Assembly: GCA_050248855.1 (NCBI GenBank)
Contig: JBFWRP010000006.1
Span: 96,001-160,000 of the forward strand
Direction: 5' to 3'
Origin: Planctomycetota bacterium
GTDB lineage: Bacteria > Planctomycetota > PLA2 > JAEUHO01
Length of the DNA stretch: 64,000 nt
The position numbers and the translations under genes were made by a program. The notes beneath the pieces were generated by a model. That model was not told the DNA's origin. It made no database searches and saw only the letters and a program-made list of their open reading frames with translations. Positions 9,378-19,622 of this stretch are shown here, piece after piece. Numbering within the stretch: the first letter of the stretch is position 1; every line of letters begins with the position of its first letter.

Positions 9378-10943
9378 TCAGACGATGGGGAGCGGCAGCT
9401 CCAAGCCCGCCGCCGCCAGCAACGAGCCGTCCTCGATGGTGCCCTTGACGGCCGCCAACGCATCGCGCCAGAGGCGGTCGGCGCTGCGGAAGGGCACGAC
9501 GGCCCGGACCACGTCCCTGACCGCCATCGTGCGCGGGGCGGGCTCGCGCGGGCGCATGTCGATGGCTTGGCACGCCGTGAGCACCTCGATGGCCAGCACG
9601 GACTCCACGAGGTCGAGCACGTCGTCCGTTCGCCGCGCTGCGATCGGGGCCATGCTCACGTGGTCTTCGATCCCGGCCCCCGTGACGATGCTGTCCGCGC
9701 TCGCCGGGAAGCAGAGCTGCTTGCTCTCGCTGACCTGCGCGGCCGCCACGTACTGCGGGATCATGAAGCCGCTGTGCAGGCCGTGGTGGGGGGCCAGGTA
9801 GGCGGGAAGCCCCTCGTTCAGCTTGGGGTCGACGAGCGTCGCCGTCCGCCGCTCGCTGATGCTGCCCAGCTCGTGGACGCAGAGGCGCAGGTGGTCGAGG
9901 GGCAAGGCGATCGGCTCGCCGTGGAAGTTGCCGCCGCTCACGATGCGCGTGCCCAGCACCAACGGGTTGTCGGTGACGGCATCGATCTCGCGCTCCAACG
10001 CGCTGCGCGCGTAGGCCACGCCGTCGGCCACGGCGCCGTGCACCTGCGGGGCGCAACGCGTGCCGTAGGCGTCCTGGGGCGCGATGCGCTTGCCGGGCAG
10101 GGCCTCGACCGGGGCGTCTACCAAGCGGCTGCCCTTCACGAGCGCGGCCAGGCGCTTGGCCGAGGCGCGCTGCCCCGGATGACCGCGGGCGGCGTGCAGA
10201 CCCGGGGCGAGGGCATCGCCGCGAGCGGCCAACGCCTCCATCGAGAGCGCGGCGGCCACGTCGGCCAGAAGCACGGCGCGCTCGGCGCGAGCCAGGGCGC
10301 GCAACCCGATCGCCAAGCTCACCTGCATGCCGTTGACGAGGGCCAAGCCTTCCTTGGCGCCCAGCGCCGTGGGCTCGAGGCCCGCTTTGCGCAGCGCCTT
10401 CGCAGCGTCCATCGAGCGCCCGTCCACGCGCACGCGACCACGACCGATCAGCGGCAGGGCGAGGAAGGCCAGCGGGGCGAGGTCGCCGCTGGCGCCCACG
10501 CTGCCCCGCGACGGAACTTCGGCCACGATCCCCGCGGCGTGGAGCCGCATCATCGCCTGGACGGTGCCCAGGCGGATGCCGCTCAGGCCCCGGGCCACCG
10601 CGTGGATGCGCAGCAACCAGGCCAGGCGCACGGTGGCGTCCGGTAGCAACGGTCCGTCGCCGAACGCGTGACTGACCAGCAGGTTCTCCTGCAGGCGCTC
10701 GACCTCGTCCGGCGGGATCGTGCGGTCGGCATTGCTGCCAAAGCCCGTCGTGACGCCGTAGACGCGCTCGTCCTTGGCGACGGCGTCCGCGATCCGCGCG
10801 GCCGAGGCCTCGATGCGTTCGGCTGCGCCGGGCGCCAACGCCAGGGGCCGCGCCGTGGCGATGGCGGCCAGGGCCGCGGCTGCCTCCAGATGGCCGCCGA
10901 GCTCCAGCGGTGTGCCGTCCGCCTTGCGTTCCCGTCGCGCCAT
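9378..10943 (-). CDS. hutH: Histidine ammonia-lyase (MIO-dependent aromatic amino acid lyase)
   Basis: VYGVTTGFG, GSVGASGDLAPL (ASG), QDAY, GGNFHG and EDHVSM motifs. Confidence 0.9.
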   Translation of the reverse strand: MARRERKADGTPLELGGHLEAAAALAAIATARPLALAPGAAERIEASAARIADAVAKDERVYGVTTGFGSNADRTIPPDEVERLQENLLVSHAFGDGPLLPDATVRLAWLLRIHAVARGLSGIRLGTVQAMMRLHAAGIVAEVPSRGSVGASGDLAPLAFLALPLIGRGRVRVDGRSMDAAKALRKAGLEPTALGAKEGLALVNGMQVSLAIGLRALARAERAVLLADVAAALSMEALAARGDALAPGLHAARGHPGQRASAKRLAALVKGSRLVDAPVEALPGKRIAPQDAYGTRCAPQVHGAVADGVAYARSALEREIDAVTDNPLVLGTRIVSGGNFHGEPIALPLDHLRLCVHELGSISERRTATLVDPKLNEGLPAYLAPHHGLHSGFMIPQYVAAAQVSESKQLCFPASADSIVTGAGIEDHVSMAPIAARRTDDVLDLVESVLAIEVLTACQAIDMRPREPAPRTMAVRDVVRAVVPFRSADRLWRDALAAVKGTIEDGSLLAAAGLELPLPIV

Positions 10944-10976
10944 GGGGCCCGCTCCTTCCTCGTGGAGACCTGGGTG

Positions 10977-13052
10977 CTACGGAGGCGTCGGCAGCAGGGC
11001 GACCTGCTGCTTCAGGTAGGACGCCCACCACGTGGGATCCACCCGCCCGTCGATGCGCACGGACTCGATGGTCATTCGCGTTCCGTGCGTGAAGAGGCCG
11101 ACGCGGGCCGGCCCGACGCCGCTGCCGTCATCGCCCTTGACGGCGCCTTCCAGGTGGACGCCGTCGGTCTTGCCTTGCATCGTGCCGCGCGCCTTGAGGC
11201 CATCGCGTACGAGCTCCAGCTGCAAGCGGTCCATGTTCTCGAGCTTGGACGTGGTGCGCTCGGCGATCTTGATGAAGCCGTGGACACCGGCGTCGGCGGC
11301 GGCCCACACGCCCTCGCCGATCAACCACAGCACGTGACCCGGTTGCACCGTGGCGTCCGCGCCCTTCTTCAGCTTGAAGCGCGTGTTGGCCAGGTTGAAC
11401 AGGATCGCGCGGTAGCGCGCGCCGTCGTCCACCGCGAGCAAGCCGAAGTCGTGCGCGACCTCGGCGCGGACGGTGGCCTGGATGCGCACGTCGTCCGTGT
11501 AGACGAGGAAGTGGAAGAGCCCCGTGCCGAGGCGGATGTGGACCAGGCCTTGTTCCCACGTCACTTCCACCGGCTCGTCGGTGGCGAAGGGTGCTTCCGC
11601 ACGGAAGTCCTCCGCCAGCTCGGCGTGCTGGTCGAACTCGTAGGACACCTGGACGCGGCCGCGCTTGATGGTGGCCTCGCCGTGGAGCAGCACGTGCGGG
11701 CCGTCCCGTCCCGCGCGGGCCCAGCGCTCGGCCGCTTCGATGGCGGGTCGCTGGAGGCTCAGCAGGGTCGAGCTGCGGTGCAGGTCGAGGAGGCGGCGGA
11801 ACGACACCGCGGCCTGTTCGTAGCGACCGGCCAGCAGGTCGCCGTGGGCCGTGCGCCACGCCTTGAGCGCCACGGCGTCGGCGTCGGGGCCTTCATCGCC
11901 CTTCCCCGCATCGTTGCCGTCGTCCGGTGCGCGTGGGGCATCGCCTCCCGGGTCCGCGCCGCCGCGTCCCGCGTCCCCGCCAGGGTCCCGAACCGGTGGG
12001 CGCGGCGGCACGCTGCCGTACAAGCTGCGCCGTGCGACGTCGAGCAGGGGCGCGAGCTTCGGCGCCAGGTCCACGGGAAAGCGGTCCAGGGCTTCGACCA
12101 GCCGCACGTAGGCGTCACGCGGGGCGTGTGTCACGAGCGGCGCGAGGTCGCGCAGCACGACCTCGAGCGATGCGGCGGCCTCCCGGGCGACACGCTCGCG
12201 GAGCGGGGTCACGGCGTCCGCGGGGACCGCGCCGGCGAAGTGCCGCTCGAAGCGCGTGATCTCCTCGTTGGCCCGCGCGAACGCGCCCGCCGTGGCCAGG
12301 CGATCGACCGTGTCCGCCAGCTCGCCCAGCTCCACGGTCGCCAAGCGATCGAACAGCTCGCTCCAGCGTGCGCGGAGCGCCGCGACGACGGCGGGGTCAC
12401 GCGTGCGATCGAGAGCGCCGCGCAGGCGGTCCAGCTCGGCGCGGAGCGCGCCATCGGCGCGAGCTCGGGCGCTGGCGTCCAGCTCGAGCAACGTGCGCAC
12501 GTCCTCGGGCCAGTCGGTCGTGGGATCGGCCAGCGGCTCGGGCAGGTCCCTGGCCAGGACCTCCTCCGCCCGGCGCCCGTCCTGCATGTGCTCGACGCCG
12601 CGCACGACGGCCGCCAACACGAGGCCCGCCGCCACCAGGGCGAACGGCCACAGCGGGACCCGGCGCGGACGCGCGGGCGGCGCGTCGCGCCGTTCCACCT
12701 CGCGCGGCGGTCGACGCGGAGCCTCGACCGTGTTCACGGGGGGCGCCACGACCCGCGCCTGGAACACGGCCGTCTGGTCACCCACCTGCAGGCGCGCGCC
12801 GTCGCGCAGGGGGTCGTGCGTAGGGGGAGCGCCGTCCACCATCACGGGCTGTGCGTCGTCGAGCGCCCGCGCCACGTGCCCCGCCGCTTCGCGCGCCACG
12901 ACGAGCAAGGCGCCGGCGAAGGGACGTGGCGCGGCCTCCAGCCCGCCGCGCGCCGCGGGGCCCACGAACGTGGCTCCCTCCAGCAGGTCGTACTCGAGGA
13001 GTCCGAGCGGCGAAGGCAGCAGCAGTCGGGCTTCGTCTCGGGCAGCTGCCAC
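10977..13052 (-). CDS. Hypothetical membrane-anchored protein (FHA-like N-terminus, one TM helix, helical middle, beta-rich C-terminus)
   Basis: Long ORF with coding-like codon use; LRDGARLQVG resembles an FHA end; hydrophobic segment LWPFALVAAGLVLAAVV. Confidence 0.7.
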   Translation of the reverse strand: MAAARDEARLLLPSPLGLLEYDLLEGATFVGPAARGGLEAAPRPFAGALLVVAREAAGHVARALDDAQPVMVDGAPPTHDPLRDGARLQVGDQTAVFQARVVAPPVNTVEAPRRPPREVERRDAPPARPRRVPLWPFALVAAGLVLAAVVRGVEHMQDGRRAEEVLARDLPEPLADPTTDWPEDVRTLLELDASARARADGALRAELDRLRGALDRTRDPAVVAALRARWSELFDRLATVELGELADTVDRLATAGAFARANEEITRFERHFAGAVPADAVTPLRERVAREAAASLEVVLRDLAPLVTHAPRDAYVRLVEALDRFPVDLAPKLAPLLDVARRSLYGSVPPRPPVRDPGGDAGRGGADPGGDAPRAPDDGNDAGKGDEGPDADAVALKAWRTAHGDLLAGRYEQAAVSFRRLLDLHRSSTLLSLQRPAIEAAERWARAGRDGPHVLLHGEATIKRGRVQVSYEFDQHAELAEDFRAEAPFATDEPVEVTWEQGLVHIRLGTGLFHFLVYTDDVRIQATVRAEVAHDFGLLAVDDGARYRAILFNLANTRFKLKKGADATVQPGHVLWLIGEGVWAAADAGVHGFIKIAERTTSKLENMDRLQLELVRDGLKARGTMQGKTDGVHLEGAVKGDDGSGVGPARVGLFTHGTRMTIESVRIDGRVDPTWWASYLKQQVALLPTPP

Positions 13053-13126
13053 GGGCGCCGGGTCTCCGGAAGGGCGTCACCGGGCAGCGACGACCGGCTC
13101 GGCGCCGCGCATCGTACGCTGTCCGC

Positions 13127-13366
13127 ATGCCCGACGAAGCCCCGCCCGCTGCGCACGTCCCGCCGGCTCGAGGCCACGGAGCGGCCCGCGACCCCGCCGG
13201 CGCGGGACGCTGGGCGCGCTGGCTCCTGGCGACCTGGGCGGTGCTCCTCGCGCTCGGCGCGTTGGCCACCACGTTCGGGTGGACGGACCTCCGCCTGGCG
13301 CTCGACGTCGACCGCGACGTGCACGTCGCCCCCGCGCCCGAGCTCGGTCAGCCCGCAAGCGGCTGA
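13127..13366 (+). CDS. Small hypothetical membrane protein
   Basis: ATG preceded by TACGCT box; one hydrophobic segment. Confidence 0.5.
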   Translation: MPDEAPPAAHVPPARGHGAARDPAGAGRWARWLLATWAVLLALGALATTFGWTDLRLALDVDRDVHVAPAPELGQPASG

Positions 13367-13418
13367 ACGAGCCGACCCGCCGTGACCGGGGAGCTGGCGG
13401 CCGCGAGGCACTCGCGGC

Positions 13419-14609
13419 ATGCGCCGACGCGACCGCCTCCTGACGCTCCCCACGGGACTTCTGGACTGGCTGCTGCCGCCGCGCTGCCTGCTGTGCGCGG
13501 CGCCCTCGGACGGTGACCCGGCGCGCGACCTGTGCGCGACGTGCGCAGAAGGCCTGGGCCCACCCGAGCCACGCTGCACGCGCTGCGGTCGTGTTCGTGC
13601 CCCCGGACGCGCGGGGCCGGGATGTCCCCGCTGTCTCGGGCCGCGCTCCGTGGCCGACGCTTTCGGGCGCGAGCGGCCGTGTCGACGGCAGGCCATCGAC
13701 GGCGTGCTGGTGGCTTGGCGCTACCAGGGCGCCGCGGGGGCGCTGGTGCGGGCCCTCAAGTTCTCGCGGTTCACGGCGGCGTCCCGCCCCCTGGCCCGAG
13801 GTCTGGTCGCCGCCTGCCGCGCGCAGGGGATTCCCGGCGACTTCGTGGTGCCCGTGCCCCTCGCGGCCGGACGACGCCTGCGGCGCGGCTTCGATCAGGC
13901 CGAGGTGCTCGCGCGGCGCGTGGCCCGCGAGCTGGACCTCCCGATCGATCCGCGCGCGCTGCTGCGGGTGCGGGCGACGACGCCGCAGTCGCGGCGCCGC
14001 GGCAGCGCCCGGCTCCGCGGGCTCGCCGGCTGCTTCCAGGCGCCGCGCGATCGCGTGGCCGGACGCTGCGTGTTGCTCGTGGACGACGTGCTGACGACGG
14101 GAGCCACGGCGCACGCGGCGGCGCAGGCGCTCCGACGGGCCGGGGCGGCGGCCGTGCACCTCCTCGTGGCCTGCCGCTCCGAGGGCGGTCGCGCTCGCGC
14201 CAAGCGCGGCCCTCGCCGGGCGTTGCGGGCACCCTCCAGCCGTGCGGGCGCCTTGGCGCGTGCGCCGGAGGACGTCATGGACAACCCCGCTCCCGTCGTG
14301 CAGGTGATCGGGACCTTCGTCGACGACGTCGTGGCCGGCGAGGTCGCGGCCGCGTTGGGGGCCTGGTTGCGCTGGATCCTGGATGGCTCGCACGGGGACC
14401 CGCCGCCGGTCTTCGACGACTACGGCGTGCCCACGTCGGAGTACGCGTGGCGCCTGGACGACGACGTCGACTGGGAGATGGGCCCGCACGCGCGCGCCCT
14501 GGGCGACGAGGTACGCATCGATCTCGAGACCCACGAGACGCACCTGGCGCTCTTGGGGCTGCTGCGGCGGTTGGGCGCGCGAACGACGCGTGCGGTGCGC
14601 GGGGAGTAG
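13419..14609 (+). CDS. comF: ComF-family phosphoribosyltransferase with double zinc ribbon, reading in frame into an extra ~110-aa domain
   Basis: PPRCLLC, CATC, CTRC and CPRC; VPVPL..RRGFDQA; LLVDDVLTTGAT; second in-frame ATG at 14277 with GGAGG RBS. Confidence 0.85.
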   Translation: MRRRDRLLTLPTGLLDWLLPPRCLLCAAPSDGDPARDLCATCAEGLGPPEPRCTRCGRVRAPGRAGPGCPRCLGPRSVADAFGRERPCRRQAIDGVLVAWRYQGAAGALVRALKFSRFTAASRPLARGLVAACRAQGIPGDFVVPVPLAAGRRLRRGFDQAEVLARRVARELDLPIDPRALLRVRATTPQSRRRGSARLRGLAGCFQAPRDRVAGRCVLLVDDVLTTGATAHAAAQALRRAGAAAVHLLVACRSEGGRARAKRGPRRALRAPSSRAGALARAPEDVMDNPAPVVQVIGTFVDDVVAGEVAAALGAWLRWILDGSHGDPPPVFDDYGVPTSEYAWRLDDDVDWEMGPHARALGDEVRIDLETHETHLALLGLLRRLGARTTRAVRGE

Positions 14610-14623
14610 CTGCGTACCGCGTC

Positions 14624-15364
14624 TCACCCGCTTCCGTGCACGGCCGCGAGTCGGCGCTTCGTCGTCGCGATCGCTTCGGCGGAGCGATCTCCCGCGATCC
14701 ACGAACGACCCAGACGCTCGGCCGCTTCGCACGTCGTTCCGCTCCCGCAGTAGGGGTCGAGCACGACGCCGCCGGGCGGACACGACGACGCCACGATGCG
14801 TTCGAGCAACGCCAGGGGCTTCTGCGTGGGATACCCCGTACGCTCGCGGGCCATGTTGTTGATGGCCGGGATGTCCCACACATCCGGGGCCTTCTTGTCC
14901 TGGCCGGCGAGGCGACGCGAGCGCGCGGGGACCCGAGGTGCCTCGAACCAGTGCTGCGACGGGTCGCGCACGTACCAGAGGATCGTGTCGTGCTTGCGCG
15001 GCCACCAGCGCTTGCCGCTGCCGCCAAGGCCGTAGGACCAGATGATTTCGTTGAGGAACGATGCGGCCCCGAACACGTCGTCCAGCGCCACCTTCACGTG
15101 ATGCACGGTGCGCCAGTCCAGATGCACGTAGAGCGAGCCGCTGGGGGTCAAGCGCGTGACCAGCGGGGCGAGACGCTCGACCAGGGCGCCGACGAACGAC
15201 GCCAAGCCGTCGGGCCAGCGGTCGTCGAAGGCGCCGTGGTCGCGGCCCGTGAAGAACGGTGGGTCGACGTAGGCGAGGTCCACGCTGTCCGGAGGCAGCG
15301 ACGTGACGAGGTCGAGCGCCTCGGCGTGCTCCAGCCGGCAGAAGCGTCCGTCGCCGTCGATCAC
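14624..15364 (-). CDS. Orphan N6-adenine/N4-cytosine DNA methyltransferase (beta-class motif order)
   Basis: DLAYVDPPF, YPTQKP and VLDPYCGSGTT motifs; GTGA-coupled to the upstream gene. Confidence 0.9.
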   Translation of the reverse strand: MIDGDGRFCRLEHAEALDLVTSLPPDSVDLAYVDPPFFTGRDHGAFDDRWPDGLASFVGALVERLAPLVTRLTPSGSLYVHLDWRTVHHVKVALDDVFGAASFLNEIIWSYGLGGSGKRWWPRKHDTILWYVRDPSQHWFEAPRVPARSRRLAGQDKKAPDVWDIPAINNMARERTGYPTQKPLALLERIVASSCPPGGVVLDPYCGSGTTCEAAERLGRSWIAGDRSAEAIATTKRRLAAVHGSG

Positions 15365-18222
15365 TTGCCGAGCAAGTCCTTCAAGCGGTCGACGGCCTCC
15401 TTGCCGAGGCTCCCGCCGACCAGCGAGGCGACGTCGATGCGCGGGAGGACCTGGGGCTGGCCGAGCGTGCCGCGAACCTGCAGCGGCAGCGAGCCTTCCT
15501 TGGCCACGCGGGCCAGGAGCTTGCCTTCGAGGACGAGGTCGACGTCCATCGCCAGGCGCTCGTCGAACCCGACCTGGCCTCGTCCGTGGATCTTCGCGTG
15601 GCGGCCCATGAGATCGAGCTGCTGCACCTCGACGCGCCGCGCGCCGATGGCCAGCCGCGAGTCGACCGACGTGAACAGGAGCGCGCGCGCCACGCCTTGC
15701 AGGGCCTTGCCTGCGTCGGGCACGGCCACCGCGATGGCCTGCAGGGCGCTGCCCATCTTCTCCCCGCGGAACAGCGTGCTGTTGCGGATCTCGCCTTCGA
15801 CAAGCCGCACGCTCGCGGTTCCCCGCAGCGTGTCGTCGCGCTTCGGGGCGTCGAGCGCGTCCGCCTCGAGCCGTACCTGGGCGTCCAGGCGTCCGCTCAA
15901 GGCGGGCGTCGCCGCGTCGGCGGGCAGCAGGGCCGGCACCGCGTACGCCAAGTAGCGACCCGCGCCCCGGTTGGTGACCAGCGGCGACGTGTCGACGCCC
16001 GCGAGGTCGGCTTCGAAGGTCCAGGGCTTGTCCTCGCGACCGAGGTCCACGCCCACACGGGCGGCCAACGTCCCGCCGTTGGCGCGGGCCTGCACCTCGG
16101 TGGCCAGGGGGTCGCTCGGTCGCTCGCGGGTCGCGCGTACCTGCACCTGCTCGAGCGTGAGGCCCTGCGTGCGCCACGTCCCCAGGCGTACGTTGCCGTC
16201 GACGAGGATCAGGCGACCGCCGTCGCCGGGCACGCCCCGTACGGCGATGCGGCCATCGACGGGGCCATTGGCAACGAGATCCTCGTAGCCGGCGCCAAGC
16301 AGGCGCTTCACGAGACCCGCCAAGCGGCCGGCGTCGCCGCCCAGGGACAGCGTGGCATCGATCTCGGACTCGGGCTCGCTGCGCCAGGTGGCGCCGCTGG
16401 CCTCCAGCTCGAGACCCGATGACCGGAGCGTCAGCTGGTGGGCCCGCCCGGGTGCCTCGGCGCTCGGAAGCGAGACGTCGAACGCGAACGTGGGCGCGCT
16501 CTCGACCCAGCCCGGGTCCGATGGGCTCGTCCGCCAGCGCACGTCACGACCGACGACCTGTCCCCGCAGCCGACCCGTGCGCCGATCGGCGTCGACGGCG
16601 ACTTCGAGCTTCGCTTGGCCTCCGATGTCGTCGGTGGGGGGGAGCGCACCCAACGCGCGCAGCCACGTGCTGGCCGCCCCGAGGTCCACGTCGGCCTCCA
16701 GCGTGCCCGTCGCGCGGGTGTGGTCCGGCGTGCGCACGATGACCACGGGGTCGTCCCGCATGCCCGCCGACGTCCGGAGTGACGAGCACGTGATCTGGAC
16801 GATCTCGACGCGGTCCTCGTCCTCGGCGCGGCGCCAGCGCAGCTGGGCCTCCAAGCGCGGCTCGCGGGCGCCGGGCCGCCCCTCGGGTCCCGGCGCGAGC
16901 GTCACTTGGTCCAACGCAGCCCCGATGCGCAGCGCCGTGCTGCCGTCGGGGCCCGACTCGGCCACCGCCTCGACGAGCAGCGCGCCGCCCCGTAGGCGGT
17001 CCAATCCCTCGAAGGCGCCAAGCAGCGGGGCCAAGCGTGCGAGGTCGGCCCTGGCGCGCAGGCGTCCCTGGCTCCACGACTCGCCCTCGGCGGGCAGCAC
17101 GAACGGCTCGGCCAGCTTGGCTTCGGCGCTGGCTCCCGCTTCGAGCGAGGCGACCTCGACGCGCGTCGCCCCGTCCTTCGTCCGCACCCAGCGGGCGACG
17201 GCCTTGACCTCCGGCTCGGAGAACGTGAGCGGCGGGCCGTCCTCGCGCGGGCGCGTCACGCGCAGCTCGCCGAAGGTGGCCTGCAAGGAACCCTGGTCCT
17301 TCTCGGGGACGTCCACGACCAGGTCGATCAGGCCCGCGCGGAAGGAGCCACCTGCGTGATCATCGAGGAACAGGTCGACGGCCTTCGCCCCGCCGGAAGC
17401 CTTCGTGATGGCGCCGCCGTCGATCGTCGCCTGCAGGTCGACCTCGACGCGACCGCCGCTCACCTCCACCCCGGCGACGCGTTCGAGCAAGGCGCGTAGC
17501 GCGATCACGTCGATCGGGCCGGACGTGGACACGCGCGCCACCTGCGGCCCCTTGTCGTCCGCCGTCGGCAGCGTGGCCAGGAGGGTCACGTCGTCACCGC
17601 CGGGACCGCCGCGCGGCACGACGACGCTGGCCTCGCCAGCGACCTGGCCGTTTCTCATGGCGACGTCCAGGCGAATGGGCGTGAACAGCGTGACGCGGGA
17701 CGGATCGGGCACGCGCACGGTGGCGTCCTCCACGATCAGCCGCACGTCCGGCCCCGGGCCCGCGCGGCGCGTGGCCGTGCGCGGCTCCTTCTCCGTCGCC
17801 GGCAGGAACCCCTCGAGGTTGGTCTTGCCCGCTTCGTCGACGAGGATCACGAGCTCGGGCTTGGTGAGGCGTGCGGTGACGTCGGGGCGTCCGCCCAACA
17901 GCCGCATCCAGGCGAGCTCCGCGTGCGCTTCCGGCACCGTGAGCAGCGGCCCTTCGAAGCCCGGCCCGCTCTCGACGACGAAGTCGCGGATCGTGAAGCC
18001 TTGCGCGTACCAGCCCTCGATCGCGCCGATCCGCACCGGCTTGCCCAGACGCGTGGCCAGCGCGTCGGCGATCGCGTCGCGCACGAAGCCCAGGCGCAGC
18101 GCGAAGGGAAGCACCGCGACCAGCACGAGCAGGAACAGGAACAGCTTGAGCAGCCGTCGACGCCAGCGGCCACGCCGTTTCGGCGGGGTCGTGGACGTGG
18201 CCGCTTGCGCGTTGCCGCTCAT
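15361..18222 (-). CDS. AsmA-like large envelope protein
   Basis: N-terminal TM anchor, long beta-rich body and AsmA-like C-terminus (LPLQVRGTLGQP). Confidence 0.7.
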   Translation of the reverse strand: MSGNAQAATSTTPPKRRGRWRRRLLKLFLFLLVLVAVLPFALRLGFVRDAIADALATRLGKPVRIGAIEGWYAQGFTIRDFVVESGPGFEGPLLTVPEAHAELAWMRLLGGRPDVTARLTKPELVILVDEAGKTNLEGFLPATEKEPRTATRRAGPGPDVRLIVEDATVRVPDPSRVTLFTPIRLDVAMRNGQVAGEASVVVPRGGPGGDDVTLLATLPTADDKGPQVARVSTSGPIDVIALRALLERVAGVEVSGGRVEVDLQATIDGGAITKASGGAKAVDLFLDDHAGGSFRAGLIDLVVDVPEKDQGSLQATFGELRVTRPREDGPPLTFSEPEVKAVARWVRTKDGATRVEVASLEAGASAEAKLAEPFVLPAEGESWSQGRLRARADLARLAPLLGAFEGLDRLRGGALLVEAVAESGPDGSTALRIGAALDQVTLAPGPEGRPGAREPRLEAQLRWRRAEDEDRVEIVQITCSSLRTSAGMRDDPVVIVRTPDHTRATGTLEADVDLGAASTWLRALGALPPTDDIGGQAKLEVAVDADRRTGRLRGQVVGRDVRWRTSPSDPGWVESAPTFAFDVSLPSAEAPGRAHQLTLRSSGLELEASGATWRSEPESEIDATLSLGGDAGRLAGLVKRLLGAGYEDLVANGPVDGRIAVRGVPGDGGRLILVDGNVRLGTWRTQGLTLEQVQVRATRERPSDPLATEVQARANGGTLAARVGVDLGREDKPWTFEADLAGVDTSPLVTNRGAGRYLAYAVPALLPADAATPALSGRLDAQVRLEADALDAPKRDDTLRGTASVRLVEGEIRNSTLFRGEKMGSALQAIAVAVPDAGKALQGVARALLFTSVDSRLAIGARRVEVQQLDLMGRHAKIHGRGQVGFDERLAMDVDLVLEGKLLARVAKEGSLPLQVRGTLGQPQVLPRIDVASLVGGSLGKEAVDRLKDLLGK

Positions 18223-19190
18223 GTCGTCGTCCCTTCGTCAGGCCGCTCGGCGGGCACGGAGCGTTCCTCGATCCTGCGCTCGATCCAGCGCAGCCCGAAC
18301 ACGCACAGCGCGCCGACCACGGCGGCTGCCAGCACGCCAGGTACGCCGTCACCCGGCGGGAGGTTGTGCAACGCCTCCCTCTTGATGTCGTACCCGCTCT
18401 TCCAGGGCCACAGCGCCCGCAGGCTGCCTGCCATCAGGCCCGTGAGCGCCGCCATCGTCGCGTCGTGCCGTACGGCCAGGAGCTTGCGCAGGAGCGGCAC
18501 GAACAGGGCGAGGCCGAGGAGCACTCCGGACGCGAACGCCAGGAGCGGCACGACGTGGACGTCGTGGAGGGCGCCCGTGACCGTCGTGTAGAGCCCGAGG
18601 ATCACCAGCATGAGCGAGCCGCTGATGCCCGGGAGCAGCATGACGCAGATGGCCAGAGCCCCGCCCGGGACCAGCATCCACGTGGAGGGCGCCCCGCCAG
18701 CGGCGTGGGGCAGCCCCACGAAGGCGTAGGCGCCCGCGGCGCCCAGCACAGCCAGCATCCACGCGCTCACGCGGCGGTCGCGGATGCGACGCCAGGGTTC
18801 CCCCAGGCTGGCCAGCACGAGCCCGAAGAAGAACGCGAAGCAGTAGGGCGCGGTCTCGGCACGCAACAGGAGCCCGGGCTCCTCCTTGGGGCCCACGAGC
18901 AGCCGCGTCACGAGCCAGAGGGCGCCCAGGAGGCCCGCGCCGAGCGGTGCGAGGAAGGCGAGCGCGGGAACGGCCTCCGCACGGCGCCACGTCCACGGCG
19001 GTCGGACGAGCGCAGCGATCGAGCCGATCAGGCGGTCGTAGATCCCGAGGATGAGCGCGATCGTCCCGCCGGAAACACCGGGGACCGCGTCGGCCGCGCC
19101 CATGCAGAAGCCGCTCAGCCCCGCGAGGAGGGGAGGCAGGGGCGGCATGGGCGGCGCAGGGGGCAGCGGGGGCGGCTCGTTCGCGGACAC
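18219..19190 (-). CDS. DUF368 family membrane protein (undecaprenyl-phosphate recycling family)
   Basis: GFCMGAADAVPGVSGGTIALILGIY and MLLPGISGS repeats; GSLRALWPW. Confidence 0.9.
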   Translation of the reverse strand: MSANEPPPLPPAPPMPPLPPLLAGLSGFCMGAADAVPGVSGGTIALILGIYDRLIGSIAALVRPPWTWRRAEAVPALAFLAPLGAGLLGALWLVTRLLVGPKEEPGLLLRAETAPYCFAFFFGLVLASLGEPWRRIRDRRVSAWMLAVLGAAGAYAFVGLPHAAGGAPSTWMLVPGGALAICVMLLPGISGSLMLVILGLYTTVTGALHDVHVVPLLAFASGVLLGLALFVPLLRKLLAVRHDATMAALTGLMAGSLRALWPWKSGYDIKREALHNLPPGDGVPGVLAAAVVGALCVFGLRWIERRIEERSVPAERPDEGTTT

Positions 19191-19295
19191 CCCGCTCGTC
19201 TACCACGCGGCCGTCCAGGCACCGCGGGCGGGCGGATGCGGCGCCGACGACACGGGGTTCTCGGACCGGAACGTGGCAAGCCGTAGACTCCGGGC

Positions 19296-19622
19296 GTGGA
19301 GAACCGCCGCCGCGCCGAACGTCATCCCTGCGACCAGGCGGGCCGCCTGCACTTGAGCGGGGGGCGCCAGGTCGACGTGCGGGTCAAGAACATCGGGATC
19401 CTCGGCGCCCTCTGCGAGATCGAGGACCTCGAAGAGCCCGTGCTGGAGGGCGAGCGGGCATCGCTCGAACACCCGGAGCTCGCGGGCGAGGCTCCGGGCC
19501 CCGACGACGGCCCTCGCACCCACACCGCCGGCGTCGTCGTCCGCGTCGAGCTCGAGCTGGCCCCCGAGGGCATCCTCCGCCACGTGGCGGTCTGGTTCGA
19601 CGGCGGCGGATCACCCGCCTGA
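19296..19622 (+). CDS. PilZ domain protein
   Basis: RRRAER (RxxxR) and NIGILG (D/NxSxxG-like) motifs; TAGACT box before GTG. Confidence 0.7.
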   Translation: MENRRRAERHPCDQAGRLHLSGGRQVDVRVKNIGILGALCEIEDLEEPVLEGERASLEHPELAGEAPGPDDGPRTHTAGVVVRVELELAPEGILRHVAVWFDGGGSPA

